From a virus (Duplodnaviria > Caudoviricetes), in IMG/VR virus record IMGVR_UViG_3300036819_000335, positions 1 through 36,613 of that record: a DNA stretch of 36,613 nt, one strand, 5' to 3'. This document shows positions 17,295 through 27,264 of the stretch, one piece after another; positions within the stretch are counted from its first letter, which is position 1; every line of letters starts with the position of its first letter. The notes under the pieces are model-generated. The model saw nothing but the letters and a program-made list of their open reading frames with translations. It did not search any database and had not been told where the DNA came from. The position numbers and the translations under genes were made by a program.

Positions 17295-18035
17295 ATGACC
17301 CAATATGCCTTCGGCTCCGGCACGCTGATCGCCAAACGGACCGATATCGCCGGCACGCCGCCGTGTCTGTTCGGTACGCTCGACAGCGTCGAGATCGATT
17401 TCGACCGCAAGATCGAGACCCTGCTCGGGCAATATAACGTCGCGGTCGCGGCCGGCGGCGGCGAATTCAAGATCACCGGCAAGGCCAAATATGCCCGCCT
17501 GCAGGCCGCGCAATTCAACAATCTGTTCCTCGGCCAGACGCTCAGCGCGAACAGCATGCTGGAAATGGCCACAGGGGAAACCGACACCGTGGCGTCGGGC
17601 GCGGTCACGGTCGCCAACAGCGCAAGCTTCGTCGAAGATTACGGCGTGTTCTATGCCGCGAGCGGCACGCAGCTCACGCCGGTCACATCCTCGCCGGTGC
17701 AGGGTCAATACAGCGTTTCGAGCGGCGTCTATGGCTTCAATACTGCCGATAACGGCGCCTCGGTGCTGATCTATTACAGCTATAATGTCTCGTCCGGCAA
17801 CAAGATCAGCCTGGCCAATCAGCTCGCCGGCCCGCTGCCGATGTTCGAGGTCGCTCTCAAGGAGACCTTCAACTATTACGGCACTTCGAAGGACTTGATC
17901 GTGAAGCTCAACGCCTGCGTCTCCTCCAAGCTGTCGCTGCCGTTCTCCAATCAGAAATTCACCGTCGCGGAGTTCGATTTCCAGGCCATCGCCGATGCGG
18001 CGAACAATATCGGCACCATCAGCTTGAGCGAGTAG
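17295..18035 (+). CDS. Major tail tube protein
   Basis: AGGAG RBS; QYAFGSG, FGTLDSVEIDF, AEFDFQA; position. Confidence 0.8.
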   Translation: MTQYAFGSGTLIAKRTDIAGTPPCLFGTLDSVEIDFDRKIETLLGQYNVAVAAGGGEFKITGKAKYARLQAAQFNNLFLGQTLSANSMLEMATGETDTVASGAVTVANSASFVEDYGVFYAASGTQLTPVTSSPVQGQYSVSSGVYGFNTADNGASVLIYYSYNVSSGNKISLANQLAGPLPMFEVALKETFNYYGTSKDLIVKLNACVSSKLSLPFSNQKFTVAEFDFQAIADAANNIGTISLSE

Positions 18036-18045
18036 TTGGACGGGC

Positions 18046-19086
18046 TCATGCTCTTTGCTCGGCAAAAAGCGGTTTCGCCTTCTCAAATACGCGTTTCGGC
18101 AACAGGAGCAATTGGTCGGCGACATAGGGGAGGTGCGGCATATATCTGACGACAAGCTGGCCCACGGCATGGGCCTGGGCGGCGTCGTTCCGCCGTTTTG
18201 TCGCTTCGCGGTCTTTCCGTTGTGACAGCCAGAATTTATGCGCCGCCCAGACACGCGGATCGGTCGTCACGATGCGACAGGGCTCACCTCGTTCGTCAAT
18301 GGCGACGGCTCCGAAGGAGGGTGCGCTTTCCTGCCAGGCCAGTCCTTCGATCTCTGCAGCCAGCAGGTCCTCGGCGTCGGAGCCAATGCCCGCCTTTTCG
18401 TTGGTCCAAGGCGGATCGCGTAATGGCTTGATGAGATCGACGATGTAGCCTTCCCGGTTGCTCGCCTGGAATGTTCGTGATGAGCGGTGGAAGCTCGGAT
18501 CGGCTTTTTGCAAAACCCGCAGCAACGAGGGTTGGGAAACCCCTTCGGGCGTTATGAAGCTTAAGCGGCGGCGCGCATCGAACAACAGATCGATATCGTC
18601 GGTCGCCGTCAGGCCGGGGTCGATGCGAACGCCGGCGACTGCCTCATAAGCGTAGATCGCGTTTGTGCCGAGGATGCGTATTCCCAAGCCGAGCATTCCC
18701 GCCTCGTCTAGGGCGCGCATGATCTTCGCCCCGGCCAATGGGACACGACCCAGACCGAGGGCGCGATTAACGGCCGACTGTCGGGCGAGCACGACCTTCA
18801 GGCTCTTGACACGTTCCTGCGCTTCGGCGCGGCCGCGATCGTATTCGAGCTTGATCGCCTCGGTCTTTTTGGATCGCAATCCCAGCGAAGTCTGTCGCCG
18901 CACGCCGGATTTGCCGTAATAGCTGCGGACCAAGTAGGCGCGGCCTTGAATTTTCTTCCAAGTCATCGATCCGCGATAACCGGTGTTGCGCTCTTCGGCT
19001 TCGCGATAGGCGGCGTAGCGCTGCTGCGTGTTGACCGCCTCGCGCCGTTGGTCGCCGTTAAGCTCTTGAAAATAAATGATTTCCAC
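18046..19086 (-). CDS. GSU2403-family nucleotidyltransferase-fold protein
   Basis: GSMTWKK.GRAYL, LGTNAIYAYE, ATDDIDLL, DPRVWAAHKFWLS..KRRND; inserted antisense in the tail operon. Confidence 0.8.
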   Translation of the reverse strand: MEIIYFQELNGDQRREAVNTQQRYAAYREAEERNTGYRGSMTWKKIQGRAYLVRSYYGKSGVRRQTSLGLRSKKTEAIKLEYDRGRAEAQERVKSLKVVLARQSAVNRALGLGRVPLAGAKIMRALDEAGMLGLGIRILGTNAIYAYEAVAGVRIDPGLTATDDIDLLFDARRRLSFITPEGVSQPSLLRVLQKADPSFHRSSRTFQASNREGYIVDLIKPLRDPPWTNEKAGIGSDAEDLLAAEIEGLAWQESAPSFGAVAIDERGEPCRIVTTDPRVWAAHKFWLSQRKDREATKRRNDAAQAHAVGQLVVRYMPHLPYVADQLLLLPKRVFEKAKPLFAEQRA

Positions 19087-19186
19087 AGTAACGCCGATCT
19101 TTCAGTCAGGGTGTGGAAAATAGCACTTAGGTGTTAAAAATCAATGGCTTCCACAGTTTGGTACGATTCCAGCCCAAAGTGTGGAA
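19081..19186. promoter_or_regulatory. Two TTCCACA-N24-TGTGGAA inverted boxes (putative operators)
   Basis: Half sites at 19081/19112 and 19149/19180, identical spacing, 68-bp period; the first overlaps the GTG start of the NTase gene. Confidence 0.6.
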
Positions 19187-19207
19187 AAACATCAGGGAGA
19201 TGGTCGC

Positions 19208-19642
19208 TTGAGTTTCGAAACTGTCAAAAACGTCGATTTTTCCGCCGCGCGCGCGGTGCGGCTCGGCGGTTGCGACTGGCTGATTGCGCCACTGAGCTTG
19301 CGGCAAATCCTCGCCATCGCCGATTATGTACCGAAGCTCTCGGCCATCGGCATGGACAATCTGTCGGGCGAGCGGCTGGCGCCGCTGGCCGAAGTGCTGT
19401 GGCACGGCCTACGCCGCGCCCATCCGCAGCTCACCCGCGAGGAGTTCTTCGATCTGCCGATCACCATCGCTGAATTGGTCGCGGCCCTGCCGGTGGTGAT
19501 CGAGCAGGCCGGTGGCAAACGAGTGGATGCCGCGCCGGGGGAATCGGAGCCCCATCGCGCGGGCGCGGTGGGGACGGCGGCGCCGGCGGCGGCGAGCGTT
19601 TCGACAGTTTCGACTGGCGCGGACTTGTCGCCGAGCTCGTGA
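19208..19642 (+). CDS. Tail assembly chaperone (G-like)
   Basis: GGGAGA RBS before TTG 19208; IAPLSLRQI..GLRRAHPQLTREEF; lies between tube and TMP. Confidence 0.7.
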   Translation: MSFETVKNVDFSAARAVRLGGCDWLIAPLSLRQILAIADYVPKLSAIGMDNLSGERLAPLAEVLWHGLRRAHPQLTREEFFDLPITIAELVAALPVVIEQAGGKRVDAAPGESEPHRAGAVGTAAPAAASVSTVSTGADLSPSS

Positions 19643-19839
19643 TCGAGCTCAACTGGACGCGCGACCAAGTTCTCGACCAGGTCGACATACCGTTTCTCGA
19701 GGATTTGCATCGCGCCTGGGCGGATGCGCCGCCATTGCGCAAGATGGTTGCGGCCTATCTCGGCTATAAGCCGCGGGCGTCCGCCTCGCGCGATTACAGT
19801 GCGCTTCTGGCGATGTTTCCGGGCGGCAAAATTAAATGA
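19537..19839 (+). CDS. Tail assembly chaperone GT extension, reached by putative -1 frameshift at GGGGGAA
   Basis: The -1 frame is open from 19540 to the stop at 19839 and encodes DWRGLVAELVIELNWTRDQV..PPLRKMVAAYLG. Confidence 0.65.
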   Translation, partial: GGIGAPSRGRGGDGGAGGGERFDSFDWRGLVAELVIELNWTRDQVLDQVDIPFLEDLHRAWADAPPLRKMVAAYLGYKPRASASRDYSALLAMFPGGKIK

Positions 19840-19852
19840 CGGGTGCTTTGCC

Positions 19853-21037
19853 ATGGCTGACGACAACACCGTTCAGATCCGCTTTATCGCCTCGACCGAC
19901 GATGCTTTGGCCGCGATCACCCAAATCCTAGCCGGGCTTACGGCATTAATTGCCGCAATCCGGAGTACGAACGGCAACCTCGGTCAATTGAGCTCTGCAT
20001 TCACTTCGGCGCTGCCGGTAACGCAAATCAATCAATGTGCCAAAGCCTTGGGATCGATCGGGAGCGCGGCGCAAGACGCGCGGACCGGGATGGCGCTTCT
20101 CCATATCGGGATGGCCGAGCAAAAAACGCTGCTCAATTCCGAGGTGAGCCAATTTAAGATCACCCAGGATCAGAAATTCGCGCTGCTCGAAGCCGAGGCG
20201 GCTGACGAATATGCGGCCGAACTTGATGCGCTGGACAAAAAACGCAGTCTCTGGGCGCAAGGAAGTCAACAATACCAGGCGATTACCGATCAAATGAAGA
20301 AAATCGCTGCGAATGGCTACGCCGAGCTGGTCCATCTCGACGGACAATCCATCGCCGCGCAGCAGACCTTGTGGACCAGCTATTTCTCCACCGTGACCAG
20401 CGCCTTTAATTCACAGCTCCGGGGCCTCCTTGAAGGCACCACAAGCTGGCATACGGCCACGATAAAAATGCTCGAGGATTTAACGATCAAATTCATTGAG
20501 ATGACTGAACAGATGGTGGTGAAGTGGCTGGCCGCGGAGGTGGCGCAGACCACGGCGACGACCACCGGCGCGGCGGCGCAAGCGGCGGCCGCGCAAAGCT
20601 CTTCGAATGCCGGCATTCTCGCCAACGCCGCCAATGCCGCTCACACGATCATGGTCGATGCAGGGGAAGCTTTTGCCGGGGTATTCGCCTTTTTGGCCCC
20701 GACCATGGGGCCGGCGGCGGCCGGACCGGCCGCGGCGGCGCAGGCCTCGGTCTCGGCTGCAGCGATCTACGAGGGCGGCACCGACTACGTCGTGCGTGGC
20801 GGCTTGGCGCTCATTCATCCAGGCGAGACAATTATCCCGGCCGCGCGCGGCACGGGTCCATATACCGGGGCGGCGACGCGCCCTCAGGTCCACGCACCGG
20901 TCAGCATCGCCGTTTCGGCGCTCGATTCGCAGAGCGTCGCCCGCTTCTTTAATGACAATTCCCATCATTTGATGCGCGCCATCAATGCCGCGGTGAAACG
21001 CGGCGCGCATCTGGGATTGCGCGCGGCGCGCCCCTGA
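19853..21037 (+). CDS. Short tape measure protein (394 aa)
   Basis: Ala-rich helical body; C-terminal YEGGTDYV..GLALIHPGETIIPA motif. Confidence 0.8.
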   Translation: MADDNTVQIRFIASTDDALAAITQILAGLTALIAAIRSTNGNLGQLSSAFTSALPVTQINQCAKALGSIGSAAQDARTGMALLHIGMAEQKTLLNSEVSQFKITQDQKFALLEAEAADEYAAELDALDKKRSLWAQGSQQYQAITDQMKKIAANGYAELVHLDGQSIAAQQTLWTSYFSTVTSAFNSQLRGLLEGTTSWHTATIKMLEDLTIKFIEMTEQMVVKWLAAEVAQTTATTTGAAAQAAAAQSSSNAGILANAANAAHTIMVDAGEAFAGVFAFLAPTMGPAAAGPAAAAQASVSAAAIYEGGTDYVVRGGLALIHPGETIIPAARGTGPYTGAATRPQVHAPVSIAVSALDSQSVARFFNDNSHHLMRAINAAVKRGAHLGLRAARP

Positions 21038-21057
21038 CGGGCTCAGTGACGGATGGC

Positions 21058-21108
21058 TTGACGGCACCAAAATACCGGCATAATATTCTAGCCAGATATT
21101 CTGGCTAG
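21058..21108 (+). promoter_or_regulatory. Sigma70-like promoter and operator of the Phd/VapC pair
   Basis: TTGACG-N17-TAATAT followed by the inverted repeat CTAGCCAGA-tat-TCTGGCTAG (21088-21108), next to the AGGAGG RBS. Confidence 0.7.
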
Positions 21109-21117
21109 GAGGGGTTC

Positions 21118-21375
21118 ATGGCCCGCGGCACCTGGTCGGTTCAGGATGCTAAAAATCGTTTCAGTGAGGTCGTCGAAGCGGCGCGGCGAAAGCCACAGAC
21201 CGTGACCAAGCATGGCAAGCCGGCCGTTGTCGTCGTTGCTGCCGACGAATTTGACCGCTTGCGAAAGCTGCAGCAGCTCAAAGCGGCGAGCTTTGCTGAA
21301 ATGTTGCTCGCGATGCCTCAAGGCGATGTTGAGTTTGAGCGATTGAACGCGGAGCCGCGCGACGTCGAATTGTGA
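21118..21375 (+). CDS. Phd/YefM family antitoxin
   Basis: WSVQDAKNRFSEVVEAA..PQTVTKHGKPAVVVV. Confidence 0.92.
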   Translation: MARGTWSVQDAKNRFSEVVEAARRKPQTVTKHGKPAVVVVAADEFDRLRKLQQLKAASFAEMLLAMPQGDVEFERLNAEPRDVEL

Positions 21376-21800
21376 TGTTTCTGGTCGACACCGACGTTCT
21401 TTCGGCACTGGCCAAGCGACGGCGCGACGCGCATGTCGAAGCATGGATTGGGCGACAGCGGACCGTCGATCTTTTCATCAGCGTCATCAGTGTTGGCGAG
21501 ATGGAGCGCGGCATCGCTCTGCAGCGCGGTAAGGACCAACAATTTGCCTACTCGCTCGCGATATGGCTCGACCACCTTCTCAATGTCTATGGCGACCGAG
21601 TTTTGCCGTTCGATCTTGCGTCCGCCCGCCGGTGGGGACGGCTGAGCGCGATGCTCGGTCATCACGGCGCTGATCTGCAAATTGCGGCCACCGCTCTCGA
21701 ACATGGCCTTACGGTGGTGACGCGCAATGTCTCGCACTTCGAGCCGGCAGGCGTCCCGGTATTTGATCCTTTTGATCCGCCCCGGCATCGAAAGCCGTAG
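21372..21800 (+). CDS. vapC: VapC PIN-domain toxin
   Basis: FLVDTDVLS, SVISVGE, DLQIAATALEHGLTVVTRNVSHF. Confidence 0.92.
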   Translation: MMFLVDTDVLSALAKRRRDAHVEAWIGRQRTVDLFISVISVGEMERGIALQRGKDQQFAYSLAIWLDHLLNVYGDRVLPFDLASARRWGRLSAMLGHHGADLQIAATALEHGLTVVTRNVSHFEPAGVPVFDPFDPPRHRKP

Positions 21801-21897
21801 CGATCGGTCGCCGAAGTCATGGCGCGGCCGCCAAATGCAGCCTCAATTTGGTTTGTGAAAATCCCTCATCGCGTGGCGGAGAGGGACGAAAGACATC

Positions 21898-24393
21898 ATG
21901 ACCTATATCAGCGGCGTCAATCTATTGCCGGCGACCGGCGAATGGACCTATGACAGCGTCGCCTATCAAGGCCGGCGCGCCGGGGCGGCCGCATTCGCGC
22001 AACTCAACCTTAATTACAATCCGGCCGGCAACAAAACCGACTGCGACTATGCGCTCGATCAATTGCAGGCGCAGTTTCCAGGCTGTGTCACCGTCGCGCT
22101 CGTGGTGGCGTGGTTCGGCAGTGCGACCGATGCGGCGTCCTGTGCGGTCTACCCGTCGACCACATTTATCGGCGGCGCCTTTCAAAAGAACAGCGGCGGC
22201 CCATGGGCTGCCGACAATTGGCAGGTGTCGTCGCTAACGCAGACTTCGTCAGGCCTCGTGGCTCTGCCGACGTCGGCCGGAGCCGCAGTCTACGGTGGCA
22301 CGCCGTCGGATCAGTCGGTCGTGCGCTGCATCCAGGATCTCAAAGCGCGCGGCTTTCGCGTCGTGTTTTATCCGTTCCTGCTGATGACCTGCGCCGGCCT
22401 GCCGTGGCGCGGCGACATTACCTTTGCGCCGGATCTTTCCGCGGCGGCGACGGGCGCGGTCGATGCCTTCCTCGGCATCGCCGCGGCATCGCAATTTACT
22501 CGCGACGCGACAAATTTGACCGTGGCCTATGCCGGCCCGCCGACCGATTACACCTATCGGCGGATGATTTTGCATTATGCCAATCTGGCCGTGCTGGCGG
22601 GCGGGGTCGATCTGTTTTTGCTCGGCTCGGAACTGCGCGGGCTCGAGACCATCCGCGGTCCGGCCTGGAGCAAGGCTGGAACGACCGGGAGCGACGGCCG
22701 GGTGACGTGGGATTATCCCTTCGTCGACGGGTTGATCCAGTTGTCGGATGATGTGCGTGGCGTGTTTGACGCGGCGGCGCTTGGCAAGAACCTCGTCGGC
22801 CTTCATAATTTGATCAGCTACGCGGCCGACTGGTCGGCGTGGATGGGCGTCCAGCACCCCGGGGCGAACGGGCAGTGGCCGCATCTCGACCAGCTTTACG
22901 GCCACGACAATATCGATCTGGTCTGTTTCGACAATTATCTGCCGCTGTCGGATTGGACGACGGGGGACGGCGGTCTTGACGCGCAAAACTGGCTCACGCC
23001 GCCGCCCGGCGGCGCGTGGCCGCCGGCGGCTCCAACGTTCAACGGCCTCGGCCTGAGCGGTGCGCCGACGCTGTACTCGAAGGTCTATTTGAAAGCGAAT
23101 ATCGAAGGCGGCCAATATTTCAATTGGTTCTACAACGACGGCGACAATCTCGGCATCGGGTTGGACCCGAACGGAACCGATCTTCGGGTATCATTGCCTG
23201 CAGGCGATCGGCTGGCGCAGTCGCGCAACGCTTATGCCGCGAACCAGCAATTGCTGGCGCCCAAGCAATTGCGCTGGTGGTGGAACAACAGCCATCAGGC
23301 GGTTTACGACGATGGCGACGGCGCCGGCTGGCAACCGCACGGTCCGGCCACGGAATGGATCGCCCAATCGAAATCGATCGCATTCAGCGAATATGGCTTT
23401 GCGTCCTGCGACCGTTCGACCAATCAGCCGAATACTTTTTTCAATCCGGCCAGCAGCGAAAGCGGAACCGCGTATTGGTCGATCTGGGATCCGAGCGCAA
23501 GCACGGCCGGCGGCTACGCGCCGCGATATGACGACGTCGTGCCGGCACTCGCGCTGCAGGCGGTCTATGAATACTGGGTGACCGACGGCAACAATATGAC
23601 TTCGGCGAGCGGTGTGCCGATGGTGCAAACCGCGTTCATGTCGGCCTGGAATTGGGATGCGCGGCCATTTCCTACCTTCCCGACGCTGACGAATAATTGG
23701 GGGGACGCCGCGCTCTGGTCGTGCGGACTGTGGATCAACGGCAAAGCACCGTTCCTGCCGCCGCCGGTTGCCGATGCGCCGGCGGCCCCGCCGACCTATG
23801 CGGTCTTTCCGCCGGTCCCGACGCTCGGCTGGTCGGTGCGGCTGTCGCCGCGCTTTGCCACGCGGGCGGCCATGCATAGTTCCGGCCGCGAAGTGCGCGC
23901 CGGCAAAGTTTTAACGCCGTTGTGGCGGATCGAGCTGGAATACGATCTGTTGCGCATGGTCTCGCCGAACGACGAGCTCCAGGCGATCCTCGGATTCTTT
24001 GCGCAATGCGCGGGCGAGGACACGGCATTTTATTTCGAGCCGCCGGCGCTTTCGCCGGCGAGCGGGCAGGTGCTCGGTAGCGGCGACGGCACGACGACGA
24101 CGTTTCCCCTCACGGTCTTGATCGGCGGCTTCGCCTTGTCGCCGGCCGGCATCGGTACGGTATCCGCCGTGTGCTTGAACGGCGTGGCGCAAGGCGCCGG
24201 TTACACGGTCGATAGCGTGCTGCCGGCGCCGTCCCTCAATTTCGTCACACCGCCGGGCAGCGGCGTCGTCGTGACGGCGAGTTTCGATTGGTATCTGTTG
24301 TGCCGCTTTGCCGATGACGATCTCGATCTCGAGGAATTCATGGCTCAACTCTACGCGCTGCAATCGTTGCGGTTGCAATCGGTGCGGTCATGA
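21898..24393 (+). CDS. GTA TIM-barrel-like domain fused to DUF2460 (distal tail protein)
   Basis: GGTPSDQSVV, FYPFLLM, YRRMILHYA, GSELRGL, SYAADWS, DNYLPLSDW, WNWDARPFP; then from about 23800 SGREVR..GDGTTTTF..CRFADD. Confidence 0.85.
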   Translation: MTYISGVNLLPATGEWTYDSVAYQGRRAGAAAFAQLNLNYNPAGNKTDCDYALDQLQAQFPGCVTVALVVAWFGSATDAASCAVYPSTTFIGGAFQKNSGGPWAADNWQVSSLTQTSSGLVALPTSAGAAVYGGTPSDQSVVRCIQDLKARGFRVVFYPFLLMTCAGLPWRGDITFAPDLSAAATGAVDAFLGIAAASQFTRDATNLTVAYAGPPTDYTYRRMILHYANLAVLAGGVDLFLLGSELRGLETIRGPAWSKAGTTGSDGRVTWDYPFVDGLIQLSDDVRGVFDAAALGKNLVGLHNLISYAADWSAWMGVQHPGANGQWPHLDQLYGHDNIDLVCFDNYLPLSDWTTGDGGLDAQNWLTPPPGGAWPPAAPTFNGLGLSGAPTLYSKVYLKANIEGGQYFNWFYNDGDNLGIGLDPNGTDLRVSLPAGDRLAQSRNAYAANQQLLAPKQLRWWWNNSHQAVYDDGDGAGWQPHGPATEWIAQSKSIAFSEYGFASCDRSTNQPNTFFNPASSESGTAYWSIWDPSASTAGGYAPRYDDVVPALALQAVYEYWVTDGNNMTSASGVPMVQTAFMSAWNWDARPFPTFPTLTNNWGDAALWSCGLWINGKAPFLPPPVADAPAAPPTYAVFPPVPTLGWSVRLSPRFATRAAMHSSGREVRAGKVLTPLWRIELEYDLLRMVSPNDELQAILGFFAQCAGEDTAFYFEPPALSPASGQVLGSGDGTTTTFPLTVLIGGFALSPAGIGTVSAVCLNGVAQGAGYTVDSVLPAPSLNFVTPPGSGVVVTASFDWYLLCRFADDDLDLEEFMAQLYALQSLRLQSVRS

Positions 24394-26294
24394 CGCCGCC
24401 GGTGCTGCCGAGCTTGCCCGGCCTGGCCTGGTCGCGGCACAAGAAACCGGGCTTCTCGACTCGCGTGGCGTCGCACGTGTCCGGCCGCGAGGTGCGCCTC
24501 GCGCTGATGAGCTATCCGCTTTACGAATTCGAGGCCGCTTACGCCGGTCTTGCCTCGTCGGCGGCGGCATCGATCGCCAATCTTGGCGCATCGAGCCTGC
24601 AAACCCTGATGGGGTTCTTTTTGCAGTCGCTCGGCCAAGCCGGGGTATTTCTCTACACCGATCCGGACGACAACACGGTACTAGGTCAGAGCATCGGCAT
24701 CGGTGACGGCACGACGCTGCAATTCATCGTCTCACGCACGCTCGGCGGATTCTCCGAGCCGGTGTCCTATGTGACCGCGGTCAACACCGTCTATCTCAAT
24801 GGCACCGCACAGCCGAGCAATGACTGGCTGTTCACCGCGCCAAATATGCTGGCGTTTACCACGCCACCCGGTTCTGGCCTCGCCGTCACGGCGGATTTCA
24901 CCTTCGCTTTCCAGTGCCGGTTCTTCGACGATCAGCTCGATTTCGAGGAGTTCATGAGCGCGCTGTGGAAGCTCGACAGCGTGAAATTCCGGTCGATCAA
25001 GCCCAACACTTCGGCATCCGGGGCAGTCATCCCGTCCTGGTACACGCCTTACCAGGCCGGCGGCACTATTCCTTATGCCTTCGCCGACTTTACTACGCAG
25101 GGCACTACCAACCACTATCTCTATAACGGCAACACCTATCCGTCCGGCGCGGCGTGGCTGACAGCGGCGGGCGGCAGCTACAGCAATTCGACCGGCAAGT
25201 ACGTCACCAATTCATCGGGACTGTTGTCGTCAGTCGCGGCCAACACGCTGCCGTTCAATCACGACGGTTCCGGAAATCCGCTCGGGCTGTTGCTCGAAGG
25301 GCCGAGCACGAACCTCCTGGAGCAATCGTCGGGCTTCGGCACGGGTCCGTGGTCCAACTATCAAACCTCGTGGACCGCAGGCCAATCTTCGCCCGATGGC
25401 GGGACGAACGCGCAATTGTTGACGGGGACGGGATCAGGCCTGGTCCAGGTTTACCAGGCGGTAACGACGTCAGCCAACACCGACTACGCGTTTTCGATCT
25501 GGGCGAAGGCCGGGACCTGCAAGGCGCTTTATCTGCTGGCGACGAACGGCTATGGCATCGGTGTCGTTTTCGACCTGCAGACGGGCGTCGTCGGTCAGAC
25601 GAATGTCGGCGGCGGCACGCTGGTATCGACGAGCGTCCAGGCGTTCTCTGGAGGATGGTATCGCCTGTCGATCACTGTGTCGCAAACAAGCGCGACGCTC
25701 TATTGGGAGCTTCAGCAGGCGCAGACATCTGGGAACGCGTTCGGCGCATATGGCAACATCACCAATTATCCGAATTCGGGCGACACTCTCTATCTGTTCG
25801 GCGCCCAGTTGGAACAGTCCATCGTTGCTTCGTCCTACATCCCGACCACGTCGTCGGCCGCGTCGCGCGCCGCGGACAGCCTCTATCTGCCGTGGACGGC
25901 GACCATGTTCACTGCGCGGGTCAAGGCGACGATGCTTAGCGAGCAAGATAATGGCCGGCTCATGGGTGCCGGTTCGGGTGGCCTCTTGTATGAGGCGTCG
26001 GGGCCGAGTGCGACGACCAACAACGGCAGCAACGCGCTTTCGACCGCCGTCAGCGCCTGGACTTCGCAGAACATTCTCGTGATTGGCGGCTCGCCGTCGG
26101 GGCGCGTTTTGTCGGCCAACGGCAACGCCGCGGCGACCGACAGCAATGCATTGGTGCCGTCAGCGCCGTCGCACCTTTATATCGGCGTGGAGTCGGGCGG
26201 CAGCAATTACGGCTTCGGCAACTATGCGCAGATCGGGCTTCACACCGTCGCGCCGACCGCGGCGCAGGCGGCGGCCCTGAGCGGCCTGGCGTAG
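24390..26294 (+). CDS. DUF2460 distal tail protein with C-terminal fibre/carbohydrate-binding-like domain
   Basis: SGREVR, GDGTTLQF, CRFFDD; then GLLLEGPSTNLL..GWYRLS..GAQLEQ..SSYIPT..RAAD. Confidence 0.8.
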   Translation: MTPPVLPSLPGLAWSRHKKPGFSTRVASHVSGREVRLALMSYPLYEFEAAYAGLASSAAASIANLGASSLQTLMGFFLQSLGQAGVFLYTDPDDNTVLGQSIGIGDGTTLQFIVSRTLGGFSEPVSYVTAVNTVYLNGTAQPSNDWLFTAPNMLAFTTPPGSGLAVTADFTFAFQCRFFDDQLDFEEFMSALWKLDSVKFRSIKPNTSASGAVIPSWYTPYQAGGTIPYAFADFTTQGTTNHYLYNGNTYPSGAAWLTAAGGSYSNSTGKYVTNSSGLLSSVAANTLPFNHDGSGNPLGLLLEGPSTNLLEQSSGFGTGPWSNYQTSWTAGQSSPDGGTNAQLLTGTGSGLVQVYQAVTTSANTDYAFSIWAKAGTCKALYLLATNGYGIGVVFDLQTGVVGQTNVGGGTLVSTSVQAFSGGWYRLSITVSQTSATLYWELQQAQTSGNAFGAYGNITNYPNSGDTLYLFGAQLEQSIVASSYIPTTSSAASRAADSLYLPWTATMFTARVKATMLSEQDNGRLMGAGSGGLLYEASGPSATTNNGSNALSTAVSAWTSQNILVIGGSPSGRVLSANGNAAATDSNALVPSAPSHLYIGVESGGSNYGFGNYAQIGLHTVAPTAAQAAALSGLA

Positions 26295-26337
26295 CGCAGG
26301 GTCCGGGCGGTCTGCCGAATCAAGACAGGGGGGTGCC

Positions 26338-27213
26338 ATGAAACCTGCGTCCTCTGCGCTCATCTCCTATCTGAATGCCGCACGCGCGGCGCCGGACGTG
26401 CAATTGCTGTTTGCCGACACGTTCGCTTTCACGCTGCGCTCGGGGCTCATCCTCACCTATACCAATGTCGACGTGACGTTTACCTATAGCGGCGTCAGCT
26501 ATCTCGCCCATTCGATCCTCATCGACGGTCTCAAATACAAGGCGTCCGTCGGTCTCGAAGTCGATCAGCAGCAGATTACCGTTTCGGCGCTCGCCACCGA
26601 CACGATCACCGGCGGCGCGCCGTTCCTGCAAGCGCTGCGCGACGGCGCCTTCGACGGCTGCGAGATCGAGCGCGATCGCGTGTTTTTCTCCGACCGCATT
26701 GGCGGCACGGCGATCGGGGCGGTGACCTTGTTCAAGGGACGGCTCGGTACGGTCGATCAGATCGGCCGCACCAGCGCCAAGCTCACGGTGAATTCCGACC
26801 TGGTGCTGCTCGACATCGATATGCCACGCAATATCTATCAGCCGACCTGTCTGCACACGCTTTACGATTCCGGCTGCACACTGATCAAGAATGCATTCGG
26901 CACAACCGGTACGGTGGGTACGGGCTCGACTGCCGGCGTGATCGTCTGGTCCGGCGCCGATACCAATTTCCAGCAGGGTTCAATCACCTTCACCTCCGGC
27001 GTCAATGCCGGCGTAACCGCCAATGTCAATGCTGTGGCTGCCGGCGTGTCGCTTACGCTCGGCTATCCGCTGCAAAGCGTCCCGGCGCCGGGCGATAGCT
27101 TCACCGTTTATTACGGCTGTGATCACACCCCCGGCACCTGCCAAGCGAAGTTCAATAATCTGTCGAATTTTCGCGGCTTTCCTTATGTCCCGCCGCCGCA
27201 AATGGCGGTGTGA
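26338..27213 (+). CDS. Baseplate hub protein (DUF2163 / BR0599, GpL-like Cys motif)
   Basis: YQPTCLHTLYDSGC..GCDHTPGTC..KFNNLSNFRGFPYVP. Confidence 0.9.
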   Translation: MKPASSALISYLNAARAAPDVQLLFADTFAFTLRSGLILTYTNVDVTFTYSGVSYLAHSILIDGLKYKASVGLEVDQQQITVSALATDTITGGAPFLQALRDGAFDGCEIERDRVFFSDRIGGTAIGAVTLFKGRLGTVDQIGRTSAKLTVNSDLVLLDIDMPRNIYQPTCLHTLYDSGCTLIKNAFGTTGTVGTGSTAGVIVWSGADTNFQQGSITFTSGVNAGVTANVNAVAAGVSLTLGYPLQSVPAPGDSFTVYYGCDHTPGTCQAKFNNLSNFRGFPYVPPPQMAV

Positions 27214-27264
27214 GTTTGCGTCAGGCGCCGGATTTTGGGCGCGTCAGGCATTCGAGGAAGTTCC

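Noticed and set aside
19079-19188. Replication origin based on DnaA-like boxes
   Set aside because: Only ~110 bp with two perfect boxes, no extended AT-rich unwinding element and no initiator gene; better explained as an operator.
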